DNA from: Gemmatimonadales bacterium
GTDB lineage: Bacteria; Gemmatimonadota; Gemmatimonadetes; Gemmatimonadales; GWC2-71-9
DNA: 64,000 nucleotides
Assembly (NCBI GenBank): GCA_041615815.1
Contig: JBFJCP010000001.1
Coordinates: forward strand, 96,001-160,000
Direction of reading: 5' to 3'
Shown here piece by piece: positions 19,186 to 28,950 of this stretch. Each line of letters opens with the position of its first letter. Position 1 is the stretch's first letter. Below the pieces are notes generated by a model. That model did no database searches, was not told the DNA's origin, and was given only the letters and a program-made list of their open reading frames with translations. The position numbers were made by a program, and so were the translations under genes.

Positions 19186-19523
19186 GATATGAAATTAGGC
19201 CGGAGCGCCTCGCGGGCGGAACTTCTGGCACAGAATTTCCATTTAGGGGATGCAAAGAAAAACTGCGGCGTGCTGAACGTCTTGTCGCCAGGCAAGAAAT
19301 CTCGTCGGGAGGGGACGAGCGGGACCACACCAAAGCCCGGTTCAGCACGCCGCAGCGCTTTTTGTTTCGCTACGGTCTTCACAATATGTCACATGGCGCG
19401 GGGAACCGCAATCACGCCCGTACCGTCCGCAGACCCCGTATCACTCGTTGCTTCCCAGCACATAGCCTGCCCTCTAACTTTCACAAGACACCGCACGAAG
19501 CACGCTTTCTAGGAGGGGACGTA

Positions 19524-20858
19524 GTGAGTCACTCCAGGCTCGTTTTGCTCGCTTCTTTACTGGTCGCCGCCACCGGGACGCTTCCAGCACAGGACGCACC
19601 AGTGCGTCGAATCCCGGTTACGGGCACCATCGAATTGGGGATCGCGCCGTTCGTTGCCCGCGGGCTGTCGGAAGCACAGAAAGAGGGTGCCCGCGCCGTG
19701 GTGCTCGAGATCGAGACCCCGGGCGGTCGTGTGGATGCGGCACAGCACATCGTCAAAGCGATCATCCAGACCGAGATTCCGGTCTATGCCTTCGTGAACG
19801 CCCACGCCTGGAGTGCTGGGGCACTCATCGCGCTCGCCGCGGACTCCATCTACATGGGTCCCGGGTCATCTATCGGGGCGGCAACACCCGTGGGGGGAAC
19901 CGGAGAGAAGCTCTCCGAGAAGATCGTCAGCGCCATGCGCGGGGAGTTCCGCTCGCTCGCCGAGCGTCGGGGGCTGGACCCGCGGATCGCCGAGGCCATG
20001 GTCGATGAGGAGATTGCCGTCGAGGGCGTGGTGGAGGCGGGGAAACTGCTCACGCTCACTGCGGCGGAAGCAGTGGAAACCGGAGTGGCCGCAGCCGAAG
20101 TGGAGAATCTGGACGATCTGCTCCGGCAGGTGGGGCTGGGCGAGGTCGGCGTGGCCACGGTGAGCATCAACTGGGCGGAACAGCTCGTCCGGTTCCTGTC
20201 ACACCCGCTGGTGGCGCCCCTGCTCCTGTCCATTGGCACGCTGGGGCTCATCATCGAGATCAAGACGCCTTCCTTTGGGCTGGCGGGGCTCACCGGCATC
20301 GTGGCCTTGGGTGCCTTTTTCGGAAGCCATTTGATCGTCGGGCTTGCCGGCTGGGAAGAGGTCATATTGCTGGTCGCCGGCTTGATCGCCCTGGCGATCG
20401 AAGTGTTCGTGGTGCCGGGCTTCGGGATCGCGGGGATGATTGCCATCCTCTGCATCGGGTCGGCTACGTTCTTGGCGTTGATCGGCGCACTGCCTACCTG
20501 GGGCGATATCGCGAGAGCGAGTGGCATTCTCGTGACGTCGTTCATGATCGTGGCGGCCGCGGTGTATGCCATCGTGCGCCATTTGCCGACGAGCGAGCGG
20601 TGGAGGGGTATCTTCTTGCGGGCGGCGACCACGAAAGAAACCGGGTACCTCTCCGCGCCGGCTCGTGCCGAGTTGGTGGGCCTGGAGGGATTGGCGGTCA
20701 CGGACCTCCGCCCGTCCGGCACCATGCGGATTGGCAACGAGCGGCACGACGTCGTCTCCGATACGGGGTTCATCCCCAAAGGCGCGCGGGTACGGATCAT
20801 CCGCTCGGAAACCTACCGGCTGGTCGTCGAGGAAGTGGCCGACACCGCCAGCGTTTAA
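19524..20858 (+). CDS. nfeD: NfeD family membrane protein (ClpP-class protease domain, TM region, OB-fold)
   Basis: IETPGGRV, AWSAGALIAL, SSIGAA, TDLRPSG; AGGAGG RBS before GTG 19524. Confidence 0.9.
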   Translation: MSHSRLVLLASLLVAATGTLPAQDAPVRRIPVTGTIELGIAPFVARGLSEAQKEGARAVVLEIETPGGRVDAAQHIVKAIIQTEIPVYAFVNAHAWSAGALIALAADSIYMGPGSSIGAATPVGGTGEKLSEKIVSAMRGEFRSLAERRGLDPRIAEAMVDEEIAVEGVVEAGKLLTLTAAEAVETGVAAAEVENLDDLLRQVGLGEVGVATVSINWAEQLVRFLSHPLVAPLLLSIGTLGLIIEIKTPSFGLAGLTGIVALGAFFGSHLIVGLAGWEEVILLVAGLIALAIEVFVVPGFGIAGMIAILCIGSATFLALIGALPTWGDIARASGILVTSFMIVAAAVYAIVRHLPTSERWRGIFLRAATTKETGYLSAPARAELVGLEGLAVTDLRPSGTMRIGNERHDVVSDTGFIPKGARVRIIRSETYRLVVEEVADTASV

Positions 20859-20873
20859 TGGACGAGGACGACT

Positions 20874-21866
20874 ATGAGTGAACTGTTTGCGATAGCACCG
20901 TGGCTGCTACCGGTGGCGCTGGTGGTCATCGTGCTGTTCTTGGGGTGGTTCATCAGCTTCATCCCGATCCGGTTGTGGATCGAGGCACTGGCCGCCGGCG
21001 TCCGCGTCACCTTCCGAACGTTGGTCGGCATGCGGCTGAGAAAGGTCAATCCGGCCGCCGTCGTGCGCCCCATGATCAACGCGACCAAAGCAGGGCTCTC
21101 TCTCGGCATCGACATGCTGGAAGCGCACTACTTGGCTGGGGGAAACGTGGATCGCGTCGTGAAAGCGCTGATCTCTGCGGATAAAGCGGGGATCGATCTC
21201 CCCTTCAAGCAGGCGACGGCCATTGACCTGGCGGGACGGGACGTCCTCGAGGCCGTACAGGTCTCGGTCAATCCGAAGGTGATCCAAACGCCCAAAGTGG
21301 CCGCGATGGCGAAGGACGGCATCCAGCTCATCGCGCTGGCCCGCGTCACCGTCCGGGCGAACATCAACCGCCTGGTCGGTGGGGCGGGGGAAGAGACCAT
21401 TCTCGCGCGGGTCGGCGAAGGCATCGTGTCGACGATTGGATCGTCGGCCTCGCACAAAGCGGTGCTCGAAAACCCGGACAACATCTCCAAAACCGTCCTC
21501 GCCAAGGGACTCGACAGCGGGACGGCCTTCGAGATCCTCTCTATCGATATCGCCGATGTCGACGTGGGCAAGAACATTGGGGCCGAGCTGCAGACCGACC
21601 AGGCCGAAGCCGACAAGCGGATCGCGCAGGCGAAGGCGGAGGAACGGCGGGCTATGGCCGTGGCGTCAGAGCAGGAGATGAAGGCCAAGACCCAGGAGAT
21701 GCGGGCCAAGTTGGTGGAGTCCGAAGCCCAGGTCCCGCTGGCGATCGCTGACGCGTTCAAGGGCGGCCAGCTCGGCATCATGGATTACGCACGGTGGCGG
21801 AACATCGAGGGAGATACGGCCATGCGGCGCAGCATCGCCGGTGAGAAGGGCGAGGAAAACAGCTAA
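20874..21866 (+). CDS. floA: flotillin-like protein FloA (YqfA, UPF0365)
   Basis: [56 protein letters not shown]. Confidence 0.95.
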   Translation: MSELFAIAPWLLPVALVVIVLFLGWFISFIPIRLWIEALAAGVRVTFRTLVGMRLRKVNPAAVVRPMINATKAGLSLGIDMLEAHYLAGGNVDRVVKALISADKAGIDLPFKQATAIDLAGRDVLEAVQVSVNPKVIQTPKVAAMAKDGIQLIALARVTVRANINRLVGGAGEETILARVGEGIVSTIGSSASHKAVLENPDNISKTVLAKGLDSGTAFEILSIDIADVDVGKNIGAELQTDQAEADKRIAQAKAEERRAMAVASEQEMKAKTQEMRAKLVESEAQVPLAIADAFKGGQLGIMDYARWRNIEGDTAMRRSIAGEKGEENS

Positions 21867-21872
21867 CGCCCC

Positions 21873-22355
21873 ATGGAAGAGCTCTTCCAGATCGTCCTGA
21901 TCGCCATCTTTCTGCTGGCCGGGCTACTCGGGAGTCGCAAGAAAAAACCCTCGGAGAAGCGGCCGCAGACCCGTCCGTCCCGTCCCCGTCGGCCTCCGGT
22001 TGCGCGCCCCGCCCGTCCGCCGACCGCGGCTACCGCGCCCCCACGACCCACCAAGACTCCCCAGGAGACACTCCTCGACCTGCTCATGAAGCAGCTCCCG
22101 GAGGAGATGCGGGCTCCGGCACCCGAGCCGCCCCCACCCCCGCTGCCCCCTGAGCCTGACGAGGCGGTCTCGCTCGAGCCCCTGGACATCGACGCGGCGG
22201 CGCGGCACGAGGCCTTCCACGAGCGCTACCCGGAGTCGAGTCCGGCGATGATCACGCCGTCGCGGCCGAAACACCGGTTTCTCAGGAGCCCAACCTCCCT
22301 GCGGGATGCCGTGATCTGGCGGGCGGTGCTCGGCCCCCCCAAGGGCCTCGAATAG
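21873..22355 (+). CDS. membrane-anchored proline-rich protein (yqfB-like position)
   Basis: N-terminal TM helix, Pro-rich middle, C-terminal [16 protein letters not shown] as in third genes of nfeD-floA operons. Confidence 0.7.
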   Translation: MEELFQIVLIAIFLLAGLLGSRKKKPSEKRPQTRPSRPRRPPVARPARPPTAATAPPRPTKTPQETLLDLLMKQLPEEMRAPAPEPPPPPLPPEPDEAVSLEPLDIDAAARHEAFHERYPESSPAMITPSRPKHRFLRSPTSLRDAVIWRAVLGPPKGLE

Positions 22356-22410
22356 GCCACCCAGCCCACGGACAGGGGTACGGCACAGCCCCTGCTATAT
22401 TTCAGCCGCC

Positions 22411-23676
22411 ATGAAGGACTTCCCCTATTTGACCGACGAGCACCATCAGGTGCGCGACATCGTGCGAGACTTCGCCGAGCGGGAGATTCGCCCCGTAGCT
22501 AGGGAGTACGACACCCAGAATCGGTTCCCTTGGGACAACGTGAAAAAGATGGGGGAGCTGGGCTTCTTGGGCGCCCCGTGGCCTCCGGAGCTCGGCGGCG
22601 CCGGAATGGACTATCTGTCCTACATCATTTTGGTGGAGGAACTCGCCCGGGTGGACGCGAGCCACGCCATCACGGTTTCGGCGCACACGACGCTCGGGAC
22701 GTCGCCGATCATGAGCTTCGGCTCCGACGAGCAGAAGCAGCAGTTCGTGCCACTCCTGGCGTCGGGGCAGGTGCTAGGCGGCTTCGGCCTGACGGAACCG
22801 GGCGCGGGGTCGGACGCGGGCGGAACCCAGACGACCGCTGTCGACAAGGGCGACCATTTCGTCATCAACGGATCGAAGATTTTCATTACGAACGCCGGCG
22901 TCGGGGAGATCTTCGTGATCACGGCACGGACGGATGCCGACGCGGACAACCGCAGTGGTGGCATCACATCCTTCATCGTGACCAAGGACACCGTCGACCT
23001 CGAGGTGACGACCGCGCTGGGTGTGGGGCACGCGGCCGGCCTCCCCAAGACGACTGGAGTCCGCGCGGCGAAAAAAGAGGACAAGCTGGGGTGGCGCGCG
23101 TCTGACACGCGCGAGTTAGTGTTGGAAGACGCGGTGGTGCCGAAAGCACAGGTTCTGGGCGATCGAGGCCGCGGCTACGCCAACTTCCTCAAGACACTCG
23201 ACTCCGGCCGCATTGGTCTCGCGGCGTTGTCACTGGGATTGGCACAGGGCGCCCTGGATGAATGTCTGGCCTACACGGCGGAGCGGCGCCAGTTTGGCCG
23301 CGCGATCGCTTCGTTCCAGGGGGTGCACTTTGCACTGGCGGACATGGCGACGGAGATCGAGGCTGCGCGCCACCTCATCTATCACGCCGCCTGGCTCAAC
23401 CAGCACGCGCGACCCCACAAGCGCGAAGCAGCCATGGCCAAGCTCTTTGCTTCCGAGCTGGCCATGCGCGCCACCACCAAAGCCGTGCAACTGCATGGCG
23501 GATACGGGTACACCACCGAGTACCCGGTCGAGCGGATGATGCGTGATGCGAAAGTCTGCGAGATCGGCGAGGGCACGAGCGAGATTCAACGAATCGTGAT
23601 TGCGCGGGAACTCCTGGGTGATCTGATCACGGTCACGGGTGGTGGAGGGATCGGAGCGGCGACCGAGGTTGGGTAG
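22411..23676 (+). CDS. acyl-CoA dehydrogenase
   Basis: [52 protein letters not shown]. Confidence 0.95.
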   Translation: MKDFPYLTDEHHQVRDIVRDFAEREIRPVAREYDTQNRFPWDNVKKMGELGFLGAPWPPELGGAGMDYLSYIILVEELARVDASHAITVSAHTTLGTSPIMSFGSDEQKQQFVPLLASGQVLGGFGLTEPGAGSDAGGTQTTAVDKGDHFVINGSKIFITNAGVGEIFVITARTDADADNRSGGITSFIVTKDTVDLEVTTALGVGHAAGLPKTTGVRAAKKEDKLGWRASDTRELVLEDAVVPKAQVLGDRGRGYANFLKTLDSGRIGLAALSLGLAQGALDECLAYTAERRQFGRAIASFQGVHFALADMATEIEAARHLIYHAAWLNQHARPHKREAAMAKLFASELAMRATTKAVQLHGGYGYTTEYPVERMMRDAKVCEIGEGTSEIQRIVIARELLGDLITVTGGGGIGAATEVG

Positions 23677-23958
23677 CGCCCAGAAACCGCATGATGTATC
23701 ATCATTCAAGCCATTATTGAACAACCAGTTACGGTATGACTATTCCGATTGGTTCGATCCCCGGGGGTGGCCGGCGCGCCGTGTCGATTCGGCCGGCCAG
23801 CGCCCGCCGTCCGGGAGCGAAACCGACCTGGATCGGGCGAGGCCCGCGAACGGTGGGGACGGCCATACCGGTCAATTCTTCTTCACCGATGGGGGGGACG
23901 GCGGCCGGCCCGTGGGCCGCGCCGGCGGGACCGCCCAATCGCACAGAGGGTAGGGACG

Positions 23959-25485
23959 TTGAAGCGGGAAATTCTCATCAACGGGACGTCGCGGGAAACT
24001 CGTGTGGCGATCCTGGAAGACGAACGCCTCGTCGAGCTGCTGCTGGACCATCCGGACAATCAGCGGACGGTTGGCAACATCTATCTCGGCAAGGTGGAGG
24101 CGGTCTTGCCCGGTATGCAGGCCGCGTTCGTGAACATCGGGGAGGGAAAGAGCGCGTTTCTCCACGCGTCTGACCTGATCGAACCCGAGGACGAAGACGA
24201 AGACAACGGGAACGGCGGGCGTTCGAGCCGGCGGTTACCCAACATTCAAGACCATTTGAAACGGGGACAAGCGCTCCTGGTGCAGGTGACCAAGGAGCCT
24301 ATCGGTACCAAAGGGCCCCGCGTGACCGCGCAGATTTCGCTGGCGGGGCGTTTCCTCGTTTACCTCCCGAACGGATCCAAGATCGGCGTGAGCCGAAAGA
24401 TCGACTCGCGGGAAGAGCGTGCCCGACTCCGCGAGTTGGTTGGCAAGCGACTGCGGGACGGGTCCGGCGGTGTGATCGTGCGCACCGTCGCGGAAGACCT
24501 CACCGAGGGACACATCAAGCGGGAACTCAAGTCGCTGCGCGACCTCTGGAAGAAGATCAACCGCAAGGCCCACTTCGTCCGGCTCAAGGCACCGGCGTTG
24601 GTGCACCGCGAAGCCAAGCTGACCAGCGGCATCATCCGTGACGTCTTCAGCGACAAGGTCGACAAGCTCCACGTCGACTCCCGAGCCGTGCACAACGAGG
24701 TGCGGCGCTACCTCGAGCAGGTAGATCCGGATCTCATGAAACGCGTCGAGCTCTACCGGGGGAAAACACCGCTGTTCGACAAGTTCGGGATCGAGAACGA
24801 GATTCGCGCGCTCTTCGAGCGGGAGGTACCGCTCGAGACCGGGGGCTCGCTCGTGATCGAACCTACCGAGGCACTCGTCTCCATCGACGTGAACACCGGG
24901 AGTTACACCGGCCGGAAGGACCCGGAGAAGACGATTCTCCGAACCAACCTCGCCGCCGCTCGCGAGATCGCTCGGCAGATTCGGCTCCGGGATCTCGGGG
25001 GAATTATCGTCATCGACTTCATCGACATGGAGAGCCGCTCGAATCGAGAACGGGTCCTGCACGAGTTGCGGACCCACCTTGGGCGCGATCGGGCACGCAC
25101 CCGCGCGTTTCAGGTGAGCGAATTGGGCCTGGTGGAAATGACCCGCCAACGGGTCCGACCGTCGCTGTGGCAATCCATGACCACCGACTGCCCCACGTGC
25201 GCCGGGACCGCCAAGGTCTTTCGCCCGGCGGTCGTGGTGCGGCGCCTGGAACGCTCCCTCGTACGCGTCGCGCACGAGAAGCAAGAGCGCCGTATGACGG
25301 TCCGGGTGCATCCCGAAGTCGCGCTCTACCTCATGGAAGAGGAGCCGGAGTTTCTCAATCGGATGCGGAAGATGACCGGGATCGAGCTCGACATGCGCGA
25401 CGATCCCATCACCCGCATGGACGAGTTCCGGCTGGTGGCCCTTCCTGCCGGGCGAGATGTGACGGAACAGTATGCAGTTGCATGA
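23959..25485 (+). CDS. Rne/Rng family ribonuclease (RNase G-sized)
   Basis: [51 protein letters not shown] start 23959 after a GAGGG/AGGGA RBS-like stretch. Confidence 0.95.
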   Translation: MKREILINGTSRETRVAILEDERLVELLLDHPDNQRTVGNIYLGKVEAVLPGMQAAFVNIGEGKSAFLHASDLIEPEDEDEDNGNGGRSSRRLPNIQDHLKRGQALLVQVTKEPIGTKGPRVTAQISLAGRFLVYLPNGSKIGVSRKIDSREERARLRELVGKRLRDGSGGVIVRTVAEDLTEGHIKRELKSLRDLWKKINRKAHFVRLKAPALVHREAKLTSGIIRDVFSDKVDKLHVDSRAVHNEVRRYLEQVDPDLMKRVELYRGKTPLFDKFGIENEIRALFEREVPLETGGSLVIEPTEALVSIDVNTGSYTGRKDPEKTILRTNLAAAREIARQIRLRDLGGIIVIDFIDMESRSNRERVLHELRTHLGRDRARTRAFQVSELGLVEMTRQRVRPSLWQSMTTDCPTCAGTAKVFRPAVVVRRLERSLVRVAHEKQERRMTVRVHPEVALYLMEEEPEFLNRMRKMTGIELDMRDDPITRMDEFRLVALPAGRDVTEQYAVA

Positions 25486-25596
25486 GGTGGGAAGGTGGCA
25501 CAGCCGGACGGCTGGAAGGCTCAAAGGGCTTGAGCAGACCGACCCTTCCTCCGCCTGGGCCATCCACGCTTGCGACCTCCCGACCTGCGGTCCATC

Positions 25597-25625
25597 TTGA
25601 CCCTTCCGAGTGGCGTAAGTACTTT
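25597..25625 (+). promoter_or_regulatory. sigma70-type promoter of rplU-rpmA
   Basis: TTGACC-17 nt-TACTTT, ending 8 nt before the rplU ATG. Confidence 0.6.
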
Positions 25626-25633
25626 TCCACGCT

Positions 25634-25951
25634 ATGACATACGCTATTTTCAAGGCTGCGGGACAGCAGTTTCGCGCGGAAAAGGGCCGCACGGTCCGGA
25701 TCCCCAAAGTCGAGGGGGAGCCCGGTTCCAAGGTCACCTTCGACGATGTGCTGTTGACCAGCGACGGGGAGACCGTCAAGGCCGGTCAGCCCAAGGTCAA
25801 AGGGGCCAAGGTCGTGGGCCAAATCGTCCGGCACGGCCGCGACACCAAGATCGTGGTGTTCCGATTCAAGCGCCGGAAGAACTACCGCCGCAAGACCGGA
25901 CACCGGCAGCCGTTTACCGAGATCCAGATTACGGACGTGAAGGCAGGGTGA
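25634..25951 (+). CDS. rplU: 50S ribosomal protein L21
   Basis: [12 protein letters not shown]...[18 protein letters not shown]. Confidence 0.98.
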   Translation: MTYAIFKAAGQQFRAEKGRTVRIPKVEGEPGSKVTFDDVLLTSDGETVKAGQPKVKGAKVVGQIVRHGRDTKIVVFRFKRRKNYRRKTGHRQPFTEIQITDVKAG

Positions 25952-25958
25952 CGTAGAT

Positions 25959-26234
25959 ATGGCGCACAAGAAGGGCGTTGGCTCCAGTCGTAACGGGCGC
26001 GATTCCAAGCCCAAATTTCTCGGTGTCAAGCGGTTTGGCGGCGAACGGGTGCGGGCCGGCAACATCATCGTTCGGCAGCGCGGCACCAAGTTCCACCCGG
26101 GTCGGAACGTCAAGCGGGCGAAGGACGATACGCTGTTCGCGCTCGTGGACGGGATCGTCAAGTTCGAGCCACGCGATAAGCGGCGCCAGCAAGTGAGCGT
26201 CTACCCCTTCGCGGCACAAGCGGCTGCGTCCTAG
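25959..26234 (+). CDS. rpmA: 50S ribosomal protein L27
   Basis: [16 protein letters not shown]...[15 protein letters not shown]. Confidence 0.99.
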   Translation: MAHKKGVGSSRNGRDSKPKFLGVKRFGGERVRAGNIIVRQRGTKFHPGRNVKRAKDDTLFALVDGIVKFEPRDKRRQQVSVYPFAAQAAAS

Positions 26235-26261
26235 ACGTTAGGCCGAGATCCGCATGCAACG

Positions 26262-26289
26262 ACGGGAGCCCCTTGGGCTCCCGTTCTTT
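26262..26289 (+). terminator. intrinsic terminator after rpmA
   Basis: ACGGGAGCCC-CTT-GGGCTCCCGT stem followed by TCTTT, between convergent genes. Confidence 0.75.
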
Positions 26290-26806
26290 ATGACCGCGGC
26301 GCTCTCCGCGGTGGTGGGACAGCGGGAGGTGAGCCCGCGGCGGGGATGGCGCCTTGGCGGCGGGCTTCCCGCAGCTGCTTGAGATCTCGCTTGGCGATGC
26401 GTGCTTTTCGGGCAAAGTACACGAATGGCCCGAGCGCCCCCACACCCACTCCACCGGCCAGCAGGGCCCGAGCCAGATCGAAGGTTTCGGCTCCGGCCAC
26501 GAGCCAGACCGCCGCCAACTCCGCCGCGATCACGACTGCGGCAAACCCGTCGCGGATTCCAGCCATGTCTTTGCGATAACTGTTGAGACGCACCTCGGCG
26601 GCAGTTTCGGCCGCGCCCGCGGCCAGCAGTTCGCCCTCGGCCGTGTAGATGGCACCGCACCTGGCACAGATCCGGAGCTGGCCGGTGAAGTAGCTCAGCA
26701 CACCCTTCCACCAGTATCGCGTCCAGCGTAAACGCCGCACCGGGTGTCGGAGGTGCTCGAGTCCGGCGCCGCATCGCTTACAGCGCTCCGTATCCCCCAT
26801 GGTCAT
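26288..26806 (-). CDS. hypothetical membrane protein with Zn-ribbon-like CxxC pairs
   Basis: CKRC and CARC plus two hydrophobic helices; last gene of the minus-strand run. Confidence 0.65.
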   Translation of the reverse strand: MTMGDTERCKRCGAGLEHLRHPVRRLRWTRYWWKGVLSYFTGQLRICARCGAIYTAEGELLAAGAAETAAEVRLNSYRKDMAGIRDGFAAVVIAAELAAVWLVAGAETFDLARALLAGGVGVGALGPFVYFARKARIAKRDLKQLREARRQGAIPAAGSPPAVPPPRRAPRS

Positions 26807-26830
26807 CCCTACGCGTCGCTCGAGAGACGG

Positions 26831-27688
26831 TTACAGTGGGGAAGGGGACATCGTCTTGGCATGGAACAGCTCCAGGAGACGCCTGGCCATGGGCCCCGGC
26901 ACGCCCGCACCCACCGGACGGTCGTCCACGCGCACGATCGGCATGACTTCGACTGTGGTGCCGACGAGGAGCAGCTCCTCGGCCATCGGAAGCTCGTGCG
27001 CGAAGATGGGTCGCTCCTGCACTGGGATCTCGTGCGCAGCGCACAAGTCCAGCACCACGCGCCTGGTGATCCCCGGAAGGATGTAGTTCGAGGCCGGCGC
27101 CGTCCGGACCTCTCCGTCGAAGACCCCAAAGAATGATGTGGCAGTCCCCTCGATGGCCACTCCATCGCGCACGAAGACCGCCTCGTGCGCTCCAGCATCC
27201 CGCGCCAGCTGGTTGGCGAGACAGTTGGGAAGCAGGGCCACCGACTTGATATCGCAGCGGCTCCACCGCGTGTCGGACACCGTAATGACCGCCACGCCGT
27301 GCTGTGGATCGCCGCGCGGTCGGAACGGCATGACCCGCGCGTAGACGGTGGGGGGGACCGGCGGTGTGGGAAAGGCGTGCGTGCGGGGCGCCACGCCGCG
27401 GGTAATCTGGACATAGATCAGCGCGTCCTCGCCCGAGAGACCGTTCCGCTCGAGCAATTCGGGTGACACGTGGGCCAGGCGGGCAATGTCCGCACCGGTG
27501 ATGCGGAGCGCGTCGAGACCCGCAGCCAGCCGCGCCAAGTGCGCCTCGAGCTCGAACAGCCGCCCAGCGTAGCTTCGAATGACTTCGTACACGCCATCCG
27601 CAAACAGGAAGCCCCGGTCATCGGGAGAGATCCTCACGTCGTCCAGCGGGAGGTACTCGCCACAGAAGTAGACCGTCGTTGTCGCCAT
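26831..27688 (-). CDS. class IV aminotransferase (D-amino-acid transaminase-like)
   Basis: DRGFLFADGVYEV, YVQITRG..R.H, DIKS, EGTATS, ILPGITR; ATG 27688. Confidence 0.9.
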   Translation of the reverse strand: MATTTVYFCGEYLPLDDVRISPDDRGFLFADGVYEVIRSYAGRLFELEAHLARLAAGLDALRITGADIARLAHVSPELLERNGLSGEDALIYVQITRGVAPRTHAFPTPPVPPTVYARVMPFRPRGDPQHGVAVITVSDTRWSRCDIKSVALLPNCLANQLARDAGAHEAVFVRDGVAIEGTATSFFGVFDGEVRTAPASNYILPGITRRVVLDLCAAHEIPVQERPIFAHELPMAEELLLVGTTVEVMPIVRVDDRPVGAGVPGPMARRLLELFHAKTMSPSPL

Positions 27689-27692
27689 GGGC

Positions 27693-28361
27693 TCACATCC
27701 AGTGTCGTTGGCCCCGTTTGAACGGGGTGTCCCGTGGGTCATGTTGCTCGGCAAACTCGCGGTACTTCGCTCTGAGCCGGCGGTACCGCACATTGTCCGT
27801 CGCGAGGCGTTCATGGCTCAGCTCGATCAGAAAGCGTTCCACTTTCCACACGTTGCGAACCGAGAGGCGCCAGTTGTAGCCACCGAGCTCCCGTAGATCC
27901 GCCAGGCCCCACGCGACGATCCTCGCGTTCCCGTCGATGTACGGCTCGTAGTAGCTCATCGCTAAGGCACGGAGCGAGCGGAAGACCGGTTTGCGCCCCG
28001 CCAGCCCCACGTCTCGAGAACCCGCCACCGATCCCCAGCGTCCCTCGCGGCGAAAGACGAACACGACATGATCGAGCCGGTCTTTCGATTCCAGGTCGAG
28101 CAGGAGAGGCGGATACCCGTGACACTCAAGTACGGTCGCGGCAGCCAGGGCGGCTTCCAGGCAGTGGGCCGTGCGATGCCGCACCACGCCCCGAAACGAA
28201 CGCAAGGTGAATCCGTGCCGCTCCCAGTTGTACGGCAGCGAACGAATCCACCGCTGGACGCGCTCCGGCGTGCCGCAGCGGGTTACCACGCGCCGCTCGC
28301 CCCGGGTGAGCAGCGAGAGCCGTGCATGACCCGATCGACGCTCGCCACGCCGGGCGCTCAT
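27693..28361 (-). CDS. hypothetical protein, possible transglutaminase-like Cys-His fold
   Basis: LPYN, AHCLEAALAAA, LDHVV; ATG overlaps the upstream stop. Confidence 0.65.
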   Translation of the reverse strand: MSARRGERRSGHARLSLLTRGERRVVTRCGTPERVQRWIRSLPYNWERHGFTLRSFRGVVRHRTAHCLEAALAAATVLECHGYPPLLLDLESKDRLDHVVFVFRREGRWGSVAGSRDVGLAGRKPVFRSLRALAMSYYEPYIDGNARIVAWGLADLRELGGYNWRLSVRNVWKVERFLIELSHERLATDNVRYRRLRAKYREFAEQHDPRDTPFKRGQRHWM

Positions 28362-28729
28362 GGCGTCCTCAGCAGCCCCCACGCCACACAGACCCAGCCC
28401 GCGAGAAAGCAGACGCCACCGAGCGGCGTCACGGCCCCCCACCATCGAGCCCCGGTGAGTGCAAGCAGGTACAGGCTCCCGGAGAAGAGCAGCGTGCCGA
28501 TCACGAAGAGCCACGCCCCACCCAAGAGCCAAGCGGACGTCCAGCGGCTCAGTGTCCACGCTACGAAAAGCAGCGCCAATGCGTGATACATCTGGTACCG
28601 AGCGCCGGTCTCGAACACCGCCAAGAGGTCTGGGGTCAAACGGGCTCGGAGGGCGTGCGCGCCAAAGGCGCCGCCGAGCACCGCGAGGAACGCCGAGATG
28701 GCTCCCAGGGCACCCACGACCCGCTCCAC
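28358..28729 (-). CDS. DUF423 (YgdD/TMEM256) membrane protein
   Basis: GAFGAHAL, YQMYHALAL, LFSGSLY, TPLGG. Confidence 0.92.
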   Translation of the reverse strand: MERVVGALGAISAFLAVLGGAFGAHALRARLTPDLLAVFETGARYQMYHALALLFVAWTLSRWTSAWLLGGAWLFVIGTLLFSGSLYLLALTGARWWGAVTPLGGVCFLAGWVCVAWGLLRTP

Positions 28730-28731
28730 GC

Positions 28732-28950
28732 TCAGGACTCCTGATCCGTAGTCGCTTCCGCGAGGATTCGACGTGCCTCGACGGCGTCACTGGCACGCAC
28801 GAGGATACTGGTGCCCGGCGAAAGAGGACCGTGCTGCATTCCCTCGGCGGACTGGATGACAAAGGGAATGCCGTTGGCCTTGAGCACCGTGGAAGCGAGC
28901 TCGGCCTCCAGACGCGTGCGGAAGTTCGCGACGACCTCAGGTGTCTTCAT
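28732..28950 (-). CDS. DUF2007-like small protein
   Basis: EAELASTVLKANGI...ILVRASDAVEARRIL; ATGA overlap with upstream gene. Confidence 0.75.
   Translation of the reverse strand: MKTPEVVANFRTRLEAELASTVLKANGIPFVIQSAEGMQHGPLSPGTSILVRASDAVEARRILAEATTDQES

Noticed and set aside
19096..19512. ORFs inside the 19.0-19.5 kb spacer
   Set aside because: Overlapping short ORFs on both strands with atypical composition and no RBS; more consistent with regulatory DNA
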